Shown: piece by piece, positions 10,829 to 22,590 of the stretch
Numbering within the stretch: position 1 is the stretch's first letter
Layout of the letters: every line of letters begins with the position of its first letter
NCBI GenBank assembly: GCA_010909165.1
Contig: VJWM01000025.1
Coordinates: 2,356,001-2,420,000, forward strand
Length of the DNA stretch: 64,000 nt
DNA from: Anthoceros angustus
Taxonomy: Eukaryota; Plantae; Anthocerotophyta
Reading direction: 5' to 3'
Position numbers and translations under genes: made by a program
Notes under the pieces: generated by a model
The model's database searches: none
The model's input: the letters and a program-made list of their open reading frames with translations, nothing else
What the model was told of the DNA's origin: nothing

Positions 10829-11129
10829 GATCAATCCTACGTCGTGTAGCCCTTCCTCGTACAAGAAATTGAAATGAGCGCTGCATCTGGCTTGCAAATG
10901 GCCGCAAAAGTGCAAGAATCCATGGAAACACGACAGAGCAGCATCAAACAAGCAGGTTTCAAAAGTGAAGCCAGGGCGAACATGAAGCAAACTGAGGAAA
11001 CACTTCAGCAAACTAGAAACACTTCTTTGCCCTTTGAGCAATCCGCTGGAGATGGCAAGAAAGGCGCCTTGGACGCCAAGAAATGCTGCAGACGGGGCCC
11101 GTCGTTCCAAGAGAGGAGGGCTCTGAGTA
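10829..11129. promoter_or_regulatory. Candidate bidirectional promoter/5'UTR region (about 300 bp)
   Basis: Divergent start codons of the LRR-RLK (10828, minus) and the PPR (11130, plus). No specific cis-elements identified. Confidence 0.4.
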
Positions 11130-13193
11130 ATGCAGGCGCCTTCGGTGCCGGGGATGCTGGCCCCGCCCCGCCTGGGGCAGCATCCGCAATTGTTATTTCT
11201 GTCCGGGAGAAAGAAGGCGGTGGAGCGGGACCAGCTGCTGCCGAGCGAAGAGGCTGCGGTGAAGCGGATGGTGCAATCCGGGAGGCTGGAGGAGGCCGTG
11301 GAGCTGTACGAGCGGCTGAGGCAGGAGGGCGTGCATCCGAGCAGGCGCACCTTGCTCGCCATGCTCACGGCCTGCGGCAGGCTAGCGAACCTGGAACAGG
11401 GTAAGCGGGTGCACGCGGATCTGGCATTGCGCGGACGGGAGAAGGACCTGTTCGTGGCCACGGCGCTGGTGGACATGTATGCGAAATGCGGGAGCATGGC
11501 AGACGCGCAGCTCGCCTTCGACAGGCTCCGCAGCGCGACGTGGTGGCCTGGAACGCGTTGCTCGCAGGCTACGCCGGCCATGGCGGTGATGCGCCTGGCG
11601 CTCACCCTGTTCGCGCGGATGGAGGCGGAGGGAATGGCGCTGGACGACCGGTCCTTCGTCAGTGCTCTCAAGGCGGTCGGGAGCCTGGCGGACCAGGAGT
11701 CGCCCGCGCCGGTCGGCGGCCGGAGCGTGAAGCTGGACTCTCTGGCCCTGGCCAAGGAGATGCACGCTCGAGCTGCGCTGAAAGGCTTGGCGTCGGACGC
11801 CTTCGTTGCGAGCACTCTGGTGAGTGTGTACGCCAAGTGCGGGAGCCTGGCGGACGCGGAGCTGGTGTTCGGTAGACTGGAGCGCAACGTGGCTGTTGTT
11901 GCCTGGAACGCGCTGCTTGCAGGATACGCGAATCAGGAGGAAGGAGGCAAGGCCGTGGAGCTCTACGATCGCGTGGTGAAGGAAGGCTTGCGGCCGGACG
12001 ATCGGACATTCGTGAGCGTGATCCAGGCGTGCGGGATCCTGGCGGACAGGGAGGGAGATGAGATTGTGAAGGTGGAGGCGCTGCGCAAGGGGAAGGCCGT
12101 GCATGCGGAAGCTGCCGCGATGGGGCACGGGAAGGATGTGTTTGTCGGGAGCACGCTGGTGAGCATGTATTGCAAGTGCGGGAGCACCGGGGATGCGCAG
12201 CGAGTGCTGGATGAGCTCTCGGCGCGGAACGTGGTGTCCTGGAACGCGATGCTGGCGGGGTATACGCAGCAGGGGCAGAGCGACAGGGCTTTGCGGCTGT
12301 ACAAGCGGATGCGGGAGGAGGATGCCGGCGTATCGCCGGATGAGACCACGTTTGTGTGCGTCTTGAAGGCTTGCAGCGATGTCGGAGATTTGGATACCTG
12401 CACGCGCATGGAGCGGGAGATTGTGGAATGCAGGTGTGACAGGGATCCTGCCGTGGCCAACACTCTGATTCACGCTTACGGCAAGTGCGGGAGCATGGCG
12501 GACGCGTGTAGGGTTTTGGACGCTCTTGCTCGGCCGGATGTGGTGGCATGGAATGCGCTGATGGCGGGGTACGCGCTGCAGGGGGACTGGGAGTCGAGCC
12601 TGCGCAGCTTTGTGGAGATGGAGCGGGTGGGCGTGGAGGCAGATGGAGTCACGTTGGTTGCTCTTCTGTGCGCGTGTAGCCATGCGGGGTTTGTGGACAA
12701 GGGGCTGGACCACTTCAGTGTGATGACGCGGGAGAAGGGCATCGCCGCTACCGTCCATCACTATTCCTGCCTGGTGGATCTGCTGGGCCGCGCGGGCCTT
12801 TTGAGTGAGGCGGAAGAAGTGGCAGAAAGGATGCCCGTGCAGCCCGATGCCGCAGTTTGGCTCTCTTTGCTGGGGGCGTGCCGGAAGCACGGTAATGTGC
12901 AGATTGGAAGGCGCGCGTTCGAGCGCTGCGTGAAATTGCGGGCTGAGCAGAGCGCAGCTTACATGCTGATGTCGGATATTTATGCTCAAGCGGACATGTG
13001 GGATTGTGCCAGCCAGATAGATGAGTTGAGATGGAAGGCGGGTGCTTGGAAGCAGCCTGGGCAGAGCTGGATTCGGCATCGCCAGCAGCTGCACATGTTT
13101 CTTGTGCAAGATCACAAGCATGAGCAACGGGAACGGGTCTATGAAATGCTGGCGGTGTTGAATTCTCAACTTGCTTGGAGGCACAACAGGTAA
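11130..13193 (+). CDS. PLS-class PPR protein, E/E+ subclass without DYW
   Basis: Repeated MYAKCGS..DA..F..L..R.VV.WNA motifs. The C-terminus reads WLSLLGACRKHGNV..AAYMLMSDIY..AWKQPGQSWI. A compensated double frameshift near 11528-11594 scrambles one motif. Confidence 0.9.
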   Translation: MQAPSVPGMLAPPRLGQHPQLLFLSGRKKAVERDQLLPSEEAAVKRMVQSGRLEEAVELYERLRQEGVHPSRRTLLAMLTACGRLANLEQGKRVHADLALRGREKDLFVATALVDMYAKCGSMADAQLAFDRLRSATWWPGTRCSQATPAMAVMRLALTLFARMEAEGMALDDRSFVSALKAVGSLADQESPAPVGGRSVKLDSLALAKEMHARAALKGLASDAFVASTLVSVYAKCGSLADAELVFGRLERNVAVVAWNALLAGYANQEEGGKAVELYDRVVKEGLRPDDRTFVSVIQACGILADREGDEIVKVEALRKGKAVHAEAAAMGHGKDVFVGSTLVSMYCKCGSTGDAQRVLDELSARNVVSWNAMLAGYTQQGQSDRALRLYKRMREEDAGVSPDETTFVCVLKACSDVGDLDTCTRMEREIVECRCDRDPAVANTLIHAYGKCGSMADACRVLDALARPDVVAWNALMAGYALQGDWESSLRSFVEMERVGVEADGVTLVALLCACSHAGFVDKGLDHFSVMTREKGIAATVHHYSCLVDLLGRAGLLSEAEEVAERMPVQPDAAVWLSLLGACRKHGNVQIGRRAFERCVKLRAEQSAAYMLMSDIYAQADMWDCASQIDELRWKAGAWKQPGQSWIRHRQQLHMFLVQDHKHEQRERVYEMLAVLNSQLAWRHNR

Positions 13194-13467
13194 CTTCTGG
13201 TATCAGCCAGAGCCAATTTGTAAATTAAGAGCCACTTTGTAAATACCACCTATGTACAGCCACTTCATCTTTCTAGGTGACACATCAATCTAAAAGACGG
13301 GGAAGTGGGGATGAGATGGGGGCCAGCTACAACTGTGGCTGACCTGGGGTAGTCTGCAGAACTACGCTTTTATAATTACAAAGAGGTATGTATGTACGTG
13401 AGGAAGAGTGAAATCGCAAAACAAGGTCCCTACCGACCTAGATAGAAAGGAGGGTGCCCGAGTGCAG

Positions 13468-15276
13468 TCAGTAGGTGAGCAGAATCCATCCCATGCTCCA
13501 ACCAAGGAGCAGCCCAGCGCCTGCCAGGCTGAGGCCTAGAGCAAAGGCTAGCCCCACAGTGCAACCCCTGGTGAGGTGAGAACCGACTGACCTGGACCCA
13601 GAACCCTTAGTAGTAGTATCATGCCAGACTCCGGAGAAGTGATGCTGCATTTGTCTCTTGGCCAGTGTCTTGCCCATATTCCTGCACCGGCTGTTAGACA
13701 GTCGCTCCACCGCATTGAATGGGTTGAAGATGCTCTTCTGCACCCATTGGGCATTATCTCTGGCATATATTCTCAGACAGAAATTCTCCGCTTCTAGAAC
13801 AGTGGCCCAGTGTCTATATGTGAGGGACAGTGATGCCTCCCTGAAGAACATGTGCAAGAGTTGCTCTTTCTCTTGGGAAGCTTGCTCAGCAGCCTTCCCA
13901 GCAGCCATTTCGGCTTTTCTTGCAACCTTTTCAGCCTCCTCTGCTTTCCTGGCCGCCTTTTCAGCCTCTCTCGCTCGAGTCTGTGAATGACACAGAGCTT
14001 GACCGAGGAGCTCTGATCCACTCACAGTGACAACATTGGGCCCACCACCTTGCCAACTCGTGTTCCTGTTGTCAGTAGAGCTGCACAACCCAGGAGCGCT
14101 GAGGAATCAGAACCAAGATCACAACTTGCCCCTTCCAGCAATTTTGAACACGAGACGAGCAGAATTAGGGAGCGCTCACCTGGTGGTCTCATGAGCTTGG
14201 GAAACCGAATCAACTTTCAGAGAAGGTATGGTTAGCAGCTGCGAGGTTGTTCTAGAGCAACTGGGGACTGCCATGGGAGCAGATGTACCCAAGACGGAGA
14301 GTGACGATGGCAGTCCCAAGTTTTCCAGACGTGAGGGCTCCTGTCCTTGGAGAAGCGAAGCCAGCAATTTCCCGTCAACAGAGCGGGACAGATCCCTCTG
14401 CACATTCGACTTATTACCTAGCTGGCAGGTTTCCAAAGATCCCTTTATCCTGTAAGTGTTGAGAGGGGTCGGAAGGTCACAGTTTTCCATATGTTCTCCT
14501 GCCCTCTGAGCCACAAGCGCAGCCAACTCATCCCTACCAGCTGTTCGCCAGGACTGACGGCGGAGTCGCAACTCTGGAGCGCCGCCATCTCCAGTCACAG
14601 CTGAAGACGAACGGGTCTCTGCCTTCGAAACCGTTCCCACCTGTAATATTTCTCCCACCATCAGAGATTCATCAGTGGATGATGCTGTTCCACACTGCAT
14701 AAAATGCGTAGGATCCTTCCAGTCGTTTTCAGAAAATCTATTTTCTTCACCCTCCTGTCCATCACGCTCTTCTCCATCAGCGCTCTCCACTTCCTGACCC
14801 TGTGCTCCTGGAAGAGGTTTACACTTGGGCAGCGGGTCCACCACTAGCTGCCACTCAAGCTCAAGATTCGTAGTAGCACCGAACTCCTCGTCCACGTAAC
14901 CAGCGTTGCCTTCGGCCGAACCACGCAGCCCCGGGCCCTGCTTCGGGGGCTTGGAGTTCTCATCGTACACGAAGTACTCCGATCCAGCACTTATGTACTC
15001 GGACTGGAACTCGGTACCTGCGCAAGCCCCGAGCGGCCACTCCATATCCAACTTGGACTCCGTGGAACAGTGACTGCCGAACGGCATCCAGTAGTTGCTC
15101 GACAAAGACTGACCAGGTTCCTCCACTTTCCTCACGGCATCCGCATCTGCTGCAATCTCACCAGAAGGACTAGCCAACGCCTTCTGTGCTCGAACCACAT
15201 CCTCCTGTGCCTCCAGCATATACTGCCGACTCAAAGAGCCCCGCCGCCAAGCAGCACGCGCATCCGCCGCAGCCAT
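13468..15276 (-). CDS. Conserved plant protein of unknown function (coiled coil plus C-terminal TM), 2 exons, 569 aa
   Basis: MAAADARAAW start, WRTAGRDELAALVA..EHMENCDLPTP, ALCHSQTRAREAE, C-terminal AFALGLSLAGAGLLLGWSMGW. A GT-AG intron at 14179-14081 joins the two ORFs in frame (1710 nt). An upstream exon ending near 15492 could also splice in frame at 15310. Confidence 0.85.
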
Positions 15277-16704
15277 GGAATGATAAGCTTCCGGACCGCT
15301 CCCAAACTCCCTGCAACAACCGTGCAAACCAAGTCACACACCCGCGCAGACGCAAGCGAGACCGCAACCAGATGAGATCCGAAAGCCTACAAACCAGAAC
15401 CAAGCACGGCACTTCCTAGCCGAACCGAAGGCAGGTGCGAATCCGAACACCGCGCTCAGAAAGCAATGCAAGAAAGCACCGAACGGACTCACCTCCCGTG
15501 CACAACAGACGGCTGCGCCAATTCACACCCTGCAACAGCAACAACGCCGACTCCAACGTAGGCCAGAAATGCGCGCGCAAAGCGCGCCAACCCGGACGCC
15601 GGCTGCAGAGCCTGGCGCTCGCAATTCCCCGCCTGAGGCGGCGCGGCGAGCGCGGTGCCGAGGACGGCAGAGGGGGAAGAGGACTGATCCCCCGGGCGAT
15701 GCGCCCGCGCCGCCCGGCCGCACGCGCCGCCGGGCCTGGCCACAGGCAGCAGCCGCAGGGCCGCCCTCACGGCATCCACCATCGCTGCGGGCTCACCATG
15801 CAGCTCGCTCGCTCGTCCTCCGCGTCCGCCTGCTGCTGTGTCTGCCGCGGCGACGCTCCCACGCTCCTTGCGAGCGTGGCGTGGCGTGGCGTGCCCTCCA
15901 CGGGCGAGACGGGCGAGACGCGCGAGGCGAGGCAAAGGCAAAGGCAAGGCAACCGAGGCGGGAGAAGACGGAGCCGTGCCCGGTCCTTGCTGCAGTCCAG
16001 CTCAGCCTCTCAGGCTCAGCCGTGCCGAAAGGGTCGGAGAGACAGGTAGCCGGACCCGAGCCGCTCCTTATCCTCCACTCCCCTGCAGGCCTTCAAGCCG
16101 GGCCGCTGCCGGGGATCTTTTTCCACTGCAGATCCATCCCCCGCTGTCGCCTTCCTGCACGCCCTTTTAACCAAGCTCACATCAGGCTTACCAGCAAGTA
16201 GGTGTGTAAGAGCAAGTTCAACATAAGCACGTAGCAGCAGATTCCGTTCGCCATTTAAATTATTAAATTATTTATTCTTGTCACACATCGGAACTGAATG
16301 GTGGTCGCAAAACAGGGCTTCGGTTGGCCGGAGATTGTCACGATCCGGGAGCACGGCACCTTCACATCTGGGGGAAGCAAAGGGTTGGCTTTCCGGGATC
16401 CGGGATGAGGAAGAACAAGTGTGTAGCAACAGCTTCGTCCAGACGGCCGGGGCAAGCTTCCACTGGCAGTAGTAACCTGGGATGGAAACTGCAAGGAAGA
16501 TGTTAGGGCACGCGGAGTGGTACTAACTGGAGTCCGTCTTTGGAATGCAGATGGAGGAGACAGATTTTGCAAAGCTTCAGGGAGAAGCCTCCGTGGCCGC
16601 AGAACAAGAGCAATCAGGAGTTGGACTTGCCGGTGAGGAAATCTGGAAGGGATTATCAGGCAGTGAGATATTCTGAAGCTTCTGAAGAGCGGTTTCTTGA
16701 GCTC

Positions 16705-17955
16705 ATGAAGAGGACGGCGGTGGAGGCGGAGGTTCCCGCTGAGCCGGAAGTGCTCGGTTCTGCCGCACCGCTCCCGCCTGCGTGGCGGGAGCGGGAGCGG
16801 GAGCGGGAGCGGGAGCGGGGTTGGAACTGCTTGCCGATTAAACAGGAAGGGATTTTTCCTGATGCGCGGGAGTTGCAAGATTTGGAATTTGAAGAGCTGG
16901 ATAGACGGGCCTCAGAAGTTTTGAAGAAGAGGTGTGGTATACGGATGTGACGTTGCCGCGTGTTTTGAGGCTATGGTGAAGCGCAAGGCGATTAACCGGA
17001 CGGATGGATCGTGTTTGTTGTTGTAGAGTAGTGTGCAGGTTCTTCAGGGAAGCACGTTTGCGTATTTGAATACAGGACGGCGGGATGTTGATGTCAAGGG
17101 AATGCGTAAGAGGTCAGCTCAGCCTCCTGCTGCTCCTGCTGCTGAGAGAGCGGGGCAGGAGGAGGACGATATGGCGGCTACTGCTTTGAGTGCTGCCATG
17201 AATTTTCTCGTCCACAGTGTCCAAGATGGAGCATTCTTGGATGAGTGGCTCGTTTCAGGGACAATTGCCGAGCACAATGTGTGGAATCAGCCAATGCAAG
17301 TGTCGAGTGTTGGTGCATCTCCGAAAACAGCCAGCGATGCCTCCATCGCGCACAAAGATGCGTATGGAAGATGGACCAGGGCTTCTTGTGCCAGTGGCAT
17401 TACCTTCCTCCGGAACTGTACCACAGACTCCGCACTGGTTCCTTGCCAAGCGCATGGCCATTCCAGGACAAGCAAGGCAGTGACCTCCAGCCCCGAAGTT
17501 GCTACCTCTTCTGTGGTTGCGGCGGACAACTATTACCCTGTGTCGGATAATCCATTATCTCCTGCCGTGGACAACTTAATTTTCCAGGTACGTTCAGGAT
17601 GTTTTCTTCCCCACACAACAAAACAACTTAACTCTCAAGATGCATAACACTACACACAACATTTTTATTCCAGGTGATCCACGAGTGGCTATCACCAAAT
17701 GACCAGGAAGATCTTACTCGACGAGGGAGACAAGGCAACTTAGGCAAGGGTGAAACCTATGTCCACGAGGAGCCTAGTTCCACATCTACTTTTGCAGCGG
17801 CTGGCCATCCCAAGAAAACACGGGACGATGTACTGACATCATCACTTCCCTCAAGATCCTGGACTTTAGACGAGTTACCCTTGAAAACCTCATATGACCA
17901 ACCACCAGATCTGGATACGGTGAACTACCTAGACGACATTGAAACATTGAAATAA
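16705..17955 (+). CDS. Hypothetical 3-exon protein (341 aa from the ATG at 16705; start uncertain)
   Basis: GT-AG introns 16937-17075 and 17588-17673 join ORFs 16540, 17033 and 17674 in frame. It contains a (GAGCGG)n tract encoding RE repeats. No family recognised. Confidence 0.55.
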
Positions 17956-18149
17956 GAGCCCGATCGGTAGAGATTCTCTGGGACTTCTGGTCTGGCACCG
18001 AGTTCCAACACCAACAAGGACTACGTTATCTCAGTGAGCCTGAAGCTTGGCAAGGTTTGATCAGAATTTGGCGTCTGATCCTTCCTTCACCAAGAATATA
18101 CTTCACAAAGGTTTAATCAGCGAGTGGTCGTCACGCTATACTATCATTC

Positions 18150-18887
18150 TCACAGCTCTTTCGAATCAGCAGCGAAATCATCGAAGTTGGGGACCTTGTC
18201 ATTCCCAGCTCCTCTGCCGCTTGCTGGCGGGCCATCCTCGCCGAAACGACTTCTTCGGAACCCTTCCGAGGGTCTCCGCGGCCAAGCACGCATATCCTCA
18301 CTAAAGCCGGCAATGCGTCCGGCAAACTCCTGCGCAGCCTCCTCCGCGGCATGCAGCACATCATCCAAGCTGCCGAGAAAGGACCTGTGCATGACATCCC
18401 TCGTACCGTCGGAGCACCAGGACGACCATTGCTGATCCTGCACACTGCGATTCATCCTGCTCCCGTCTAACATCTCGCTTGGCACGTCTCCTTCACTGTA
18501 CTCCGTCCTCGAATCCAGAACCTCAGCGGGCCTGCAAAAACCACATCCCAAACGCTCTCAGTGGCCATGACCAACGTGAAACCCTAATCCAGTCCCCGTC
18601 CACCAACATGGACACGGCTCTGCTCTGATCCCTTCCCCTGTCCGATCCAAACCAAAAGCACAATGCACAGCTTGAAAGCAAGGACGGGAGAGAAAGCACC
18701 TGCCGCCGCACTGCCTCAACTTCTGCACGGTCTTTTCACATCGTCGCACCGCTTGCTCGGTAATTTCGTCCACATGCGTCGAGCAGTGATACTTGCGGAC
18801 CGTGGTATACATGCAATTCGCATCCCGCTCCATCGCGCCCCCATCCGCCTTGCTGCTCCATGCTTGATCTCCATCCAATGTCACCAT
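18150..18887 (-). CDS. Mal d 1-associated protein-like (PR-10-interacting family), 2 exons
   Basis: CMYTTVRKYHCST..RRCEKTVQKLRQCGG|RPAEVLDSRTEYSEGDV matches the family motif as I recall it. A GT-AG intron at 18697-18532 is in frame. Confidence 0.72.
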
Positions 18888-19554
18888 CGTTCTGCTGCTC
18901 GCCAACTTGCGTCAATTCACGCTCGTCTATGGTTAACCTTCTCGAGGGGTGGAATCTCGTTCACTGTAAAAACCCTGCAAGCCCTCTCCTCCGAGATCAC
19001 CATCTCGGACACGGCATTCCCTCAAAAATGTCTGCCTACTACCTAGCAGTGCTACTTGATGACACGTGGATGCCAAGCAACCCTAGAACGCCAGGTTCCA
19101 AGGTTCCAAGGAGACACAAGCAGAGTTCCTGCTGCAACATCTGGTGATGTTGGTCCACCGTCGACACAGTGCAATTTGGTGACATTGTGAGGCCAGATTT
19201 CGTATGGTCGGGGTTGTAAAAGACGTTGCACTGAAGCAACGAATTTGTTGTTCGAACCAGCCTCTTGGGTACAGAGCACCACGGGGCCTGCGGCAGACTG
19301 CTCGGAAACCAGGCTGCTGGTCTGTTGCCAAACGCTGCTGGTGTGCAGCGTAAACTCAACTGCGAGCTGGGATTCAGAGGTGGAGGGGCTACAGACCGGT
19401 GATTCTTGAGCGTTGCCGGAGTATGCTGTTCCTTACCGCTTCACTGATGTGGTACGAGGTTTCAAGCTCTGAACGGCGGCTGCAGGGATCATGTCCTGAT
19501 GTAAACGGCGTTGAGGCTGAAATGATCCGTGGTGGACAGGGCCAGGAGGCACCG

Positions 19555-20530
19555 TCAGGAAGAGAGGGGACGGTGTGGTGGGTCTGGACAAGTTCAACAA
19601 CTGTTATGATCCCTCGCTGAGAGAGCCAGGCAAGAGCACCTGAGAAAGGATGGGGTGTTTGCGATCCACGGTGAAATTAATGATGCAGAGCTTCTGAAGA
19701 AGTTGTTTGAGCTGGTTCCGTTCACGCATGTGATGCATCTGGCAGCTCAGGCAGGTGTGAGGTATGCTATGGAGAACCCCAAGTCGTATGTGCACAGGAA
19801 CATTGCGGGCCTCACCACCTTGTTTGAAGCCAGCAAGTCGGCAAACCCCCAGCCAGCTATCGTGTGGGCGTCGTCTGGTACCGTTTATGGTCTCAACCCC
19901 AAGGTCCCCTTCTCGGAGGTCTATCGCGCGGACCAGCCAGCCAGTTTGCATGCCAAGAAAGCTGAGGAGGAGATAGCGCATACATGCAACCACATCTACG
20001 GTCTCTCAATAACGGACTGCCCTTCTTTACGGTGTATGGGCCTTGGGGCCGTCCTGATATGGCATACTTCTCGGTCACGAAGGATACTCTGCGTGGCACT
20101 CCCGTCTCGATCTACGAAGGGTAAGGGAAGAGGGACCTGGCACGGGACTTCACCTGCATTGATGACGTTTTCAAGGGGTGTATTGCCTCTTTGCAGACAG
20201 CGGAGAAAAGTACAGGATCCGGTGGGAAGAAGAAGGGAGCAGCTCGGTTCCGAACATTCAACCTGGGCAACACCTCGCCTGTGACTGTGAAGGACCTCGA
20301 TCAGCATTCTTGAGAAGCATCTGAAGCTGGAGGCGAAGAAGCAGATTATCAAAATGCCCAGAAATGGTGAGGTTCCATTTACGCATGCAAACATCGCCCT
20401 GGCCAGAGATCAACTCCACTACAGGCCGACCACAGGCCCAAAGACAGGCCTGAAGAAGTTTGCGAACTGGTTCAAAGACTACTACGGGGAGAACGGACTT
20501 GGACCACGTGGTAGCAGGAAAACAATATGA
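19555..20530 (+). pseudogene. GAE: UDP-glucuronate 4-epimerase pseudogene, 5'-truncated
   Basis: DGVVGLDKFNN.YDPSL, FTHVMHLAAQAGVRYAMENP, ANPQPAIVWASS, NLGNTSPVTV, KMPRNGEVPFTHAN, GLKKFANWFKDYY. The N-terminal anchor and GxxGxxG are missing, catalytic YAATK is changed to HAK, and there are multiple frameshifts. Confidence 0.9.
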
Positions 20531-21273
20531 GCGTCTGCTAGTTGTATCTCTGTTTGTAGGCACAATTGTAGTCTGAAATGTTTCTCATCTTGGGACCTGA
20601 AAACTTAGCCCAGCTGCCCTAGGTCAGTGTTCTGCGAGACGTGATTGCATCCAGTCTGGTGGTAGCGAGATAACGTATTGGGGTGCTGAGGGACAGGATT
20701 CAACCTGCTTTCGGGAGCTTGGAAATAGTGGAGGCAGAACACATAGGTGAGAGGTGGGATTGCTTCTTAGGAAGATGTGAGGGTAATCATCTGTTGATAA
20801 AGAAGGACCTGTAGCTCTTGTGCACTCTGCTTTGGCATGTGGGTCTGAGTGAGTTCCATTGCGACAGTTCGTATTTCGTGGAAGATGTAATTTGTTAACC
20901 ATTTTTGCGTTTTAGCTTTGCCAAGCCAATAACTCACTGGCCTTTCTGATGTGTTCTGCTTGATTTGAAGTTGCAAGGTTGGCTGTGCACAGTTACTTCG
21001 AGCTCCATTGGGATCCCATCAGCTTCGACTCAGCGGTAGCTGCAAGAGAGATGGTTGTTGATTATGTAGGGATTCTCTGTGTCCCTACATCAGTTTGGAA
21101 GGAGATGCACAGGAAGGGCTCGATCGGGAGGCTCTCGATCTGTACAAGTCGATGCAAGAGGATAGGCAGGATTCTGGCATCTTTTACTCTTTTGCAAATC
21201 AAGCCTATAGAATTAGCTCTTCAACACATTCTAAATTGAAGTGCTAGTCCAATATCCTGGTTCTAATATCCCG

Positions 21274-21332
21274 CAGCATAGCATCAATACCATCAAATCA
21301 GAACAGCATAGCATCAATACCATCAAATCAGA
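21274..21332. repeat. Tandem duplication, 2 x 30 bp
   Basis: CAGCATAGCATCAATACCATCAAATCAGA occurs at 21274 and 21304. Confidence 0.9.
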
Positions 21333-21686
21333 TATAAAACAAATTCAAACTTTTACTGAAGATAGATTTGTCTTATTAACTAAAAAAATTATTATCTTAG
21401 TAATGCTATTGATAAATTAAATCTTACAGTCTCCTCTCCCTTCAACAATAACTTTCCGTAGCTGTTAGTTGACGAGTTTGTAGAATCTGGTTTTGATGAA
21501 GATGTAGGAAATTCAGTATACAGTATATGAACTTATTTAGACCTATATGAACTTATTTAGACCTACACGTGCACGATCTAGCCCTGCCCTCTAAATTCAC
21601 CTGCGATGGTTAGACGGGATGATAATGAAGAATAGCTTGATAAAGAGATCAACCAAAACAAGGACAAAGGCAAGGAGAAATAGTCA

Positions 21687-22590
21687 TTGCCCGTCTGGGG
21701 TACTAAGAGTAAACGTACCTGGGACGCCGAAGACGAGAAGGCTCAAAATATCCTCAATAGTGGCCTCTCACAACACATGGTGAGGCAAATCTGTGAAGCA
21801 AGCTCTTCCAAGGAGATATGGGACCGTCTCGGTCATCTATACTTCTTGAAGGATGTTATGAGTTTGATGACAGCTACCCGGCATTTCCACAATTTGAAGA
21901 TGAAGGAATCAGATACAATCAAACATCACATTAGTGTTTTTTGCTTGGCAAGATCTCAACTTGAAGCTGCATCTGGCACCACACCTGCTAAAGGTAACAA
22001 GAAGACTAGAATTAATTGTACTTGGTGCAGAATCCCAAATCACAAGAAGAAGGACTGTCGAAAAAAAGAAATTCATGATGAGCCTAGGAAAGAGACCCCA
22101 CTTGGAGCACATGTTGTTGTTAAGAAACAATCTTCAGCAACACCATCAGTTCTCATTGTCTGCTTGGCATCACCTAAGCATTCTGACTCTCGCTGGTATT
22201 TAGAGAGTGGAGCTAGCTCTCACATCTTTTACAACAAAAACTCTTTTGAGTCTTACTCCCCAACCATAGGACACAAGTCTATTCTCTTGGGCAACGACCA
22301 CAACCTCCCATAGCTGGAGTCGGTCATGTTGTTCTCATATGCGATTCAAGTCAACTCCTTCTCTTAAATAACGTCCTTCATGTACCATCCTTGTGTAAAA
22401 ACTTAGTATCTGCTGCTAGTTTATGCTTTGAACATACTATGCAAATTACACTCTATGCAGAAAGTAGTTTCATCACTTATGTCACCAATAAGTCATGTGC
22501 CATCTGCACACGCACACTAGAAGATGGACTTTATAAGCTGTCAGTCCAAGTGAGTCCCACATACTCCATCAATGTAGTGAATGATTCTCA
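21687..22590 (+). mobile_element. Ty1/Copia gag-protease remnant (internally deleted)
   Basis: UBN2-type gag (WDAEDEKAQNILNSGLS..ASSSKEIWDRL), CCHC knuckle (CTWCRIPNHKKKDC), protease WYLESGASSH, and LHVPSLCKNLVS..GLYKL. No LTRs, integrase or RT seen. Confidence 0.87.

Noticed and set aside
10829-11887. N-terminal 353 aa of the 1337-aa ORF as part of the receptor kinase
   Set aside because: It is the antisense shadow of the GC-rich PPR gene. The signal peptide begins at the ATG at 10828.
11382-13184. 600-aa minus-strand ORF (and the similar 35776-36501 ORF) as overlapping genes
   Set aside because: Stop-poor antisense frames of GC-rich coding sequence, with no recognisable domain.
13198-13214. 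tRNA-iMet PBS-like TGGTATCAG..AGAGCC after the PPR stop
   Set aside because: Interrupted match with no LTR or gag nearby, so probably chance.
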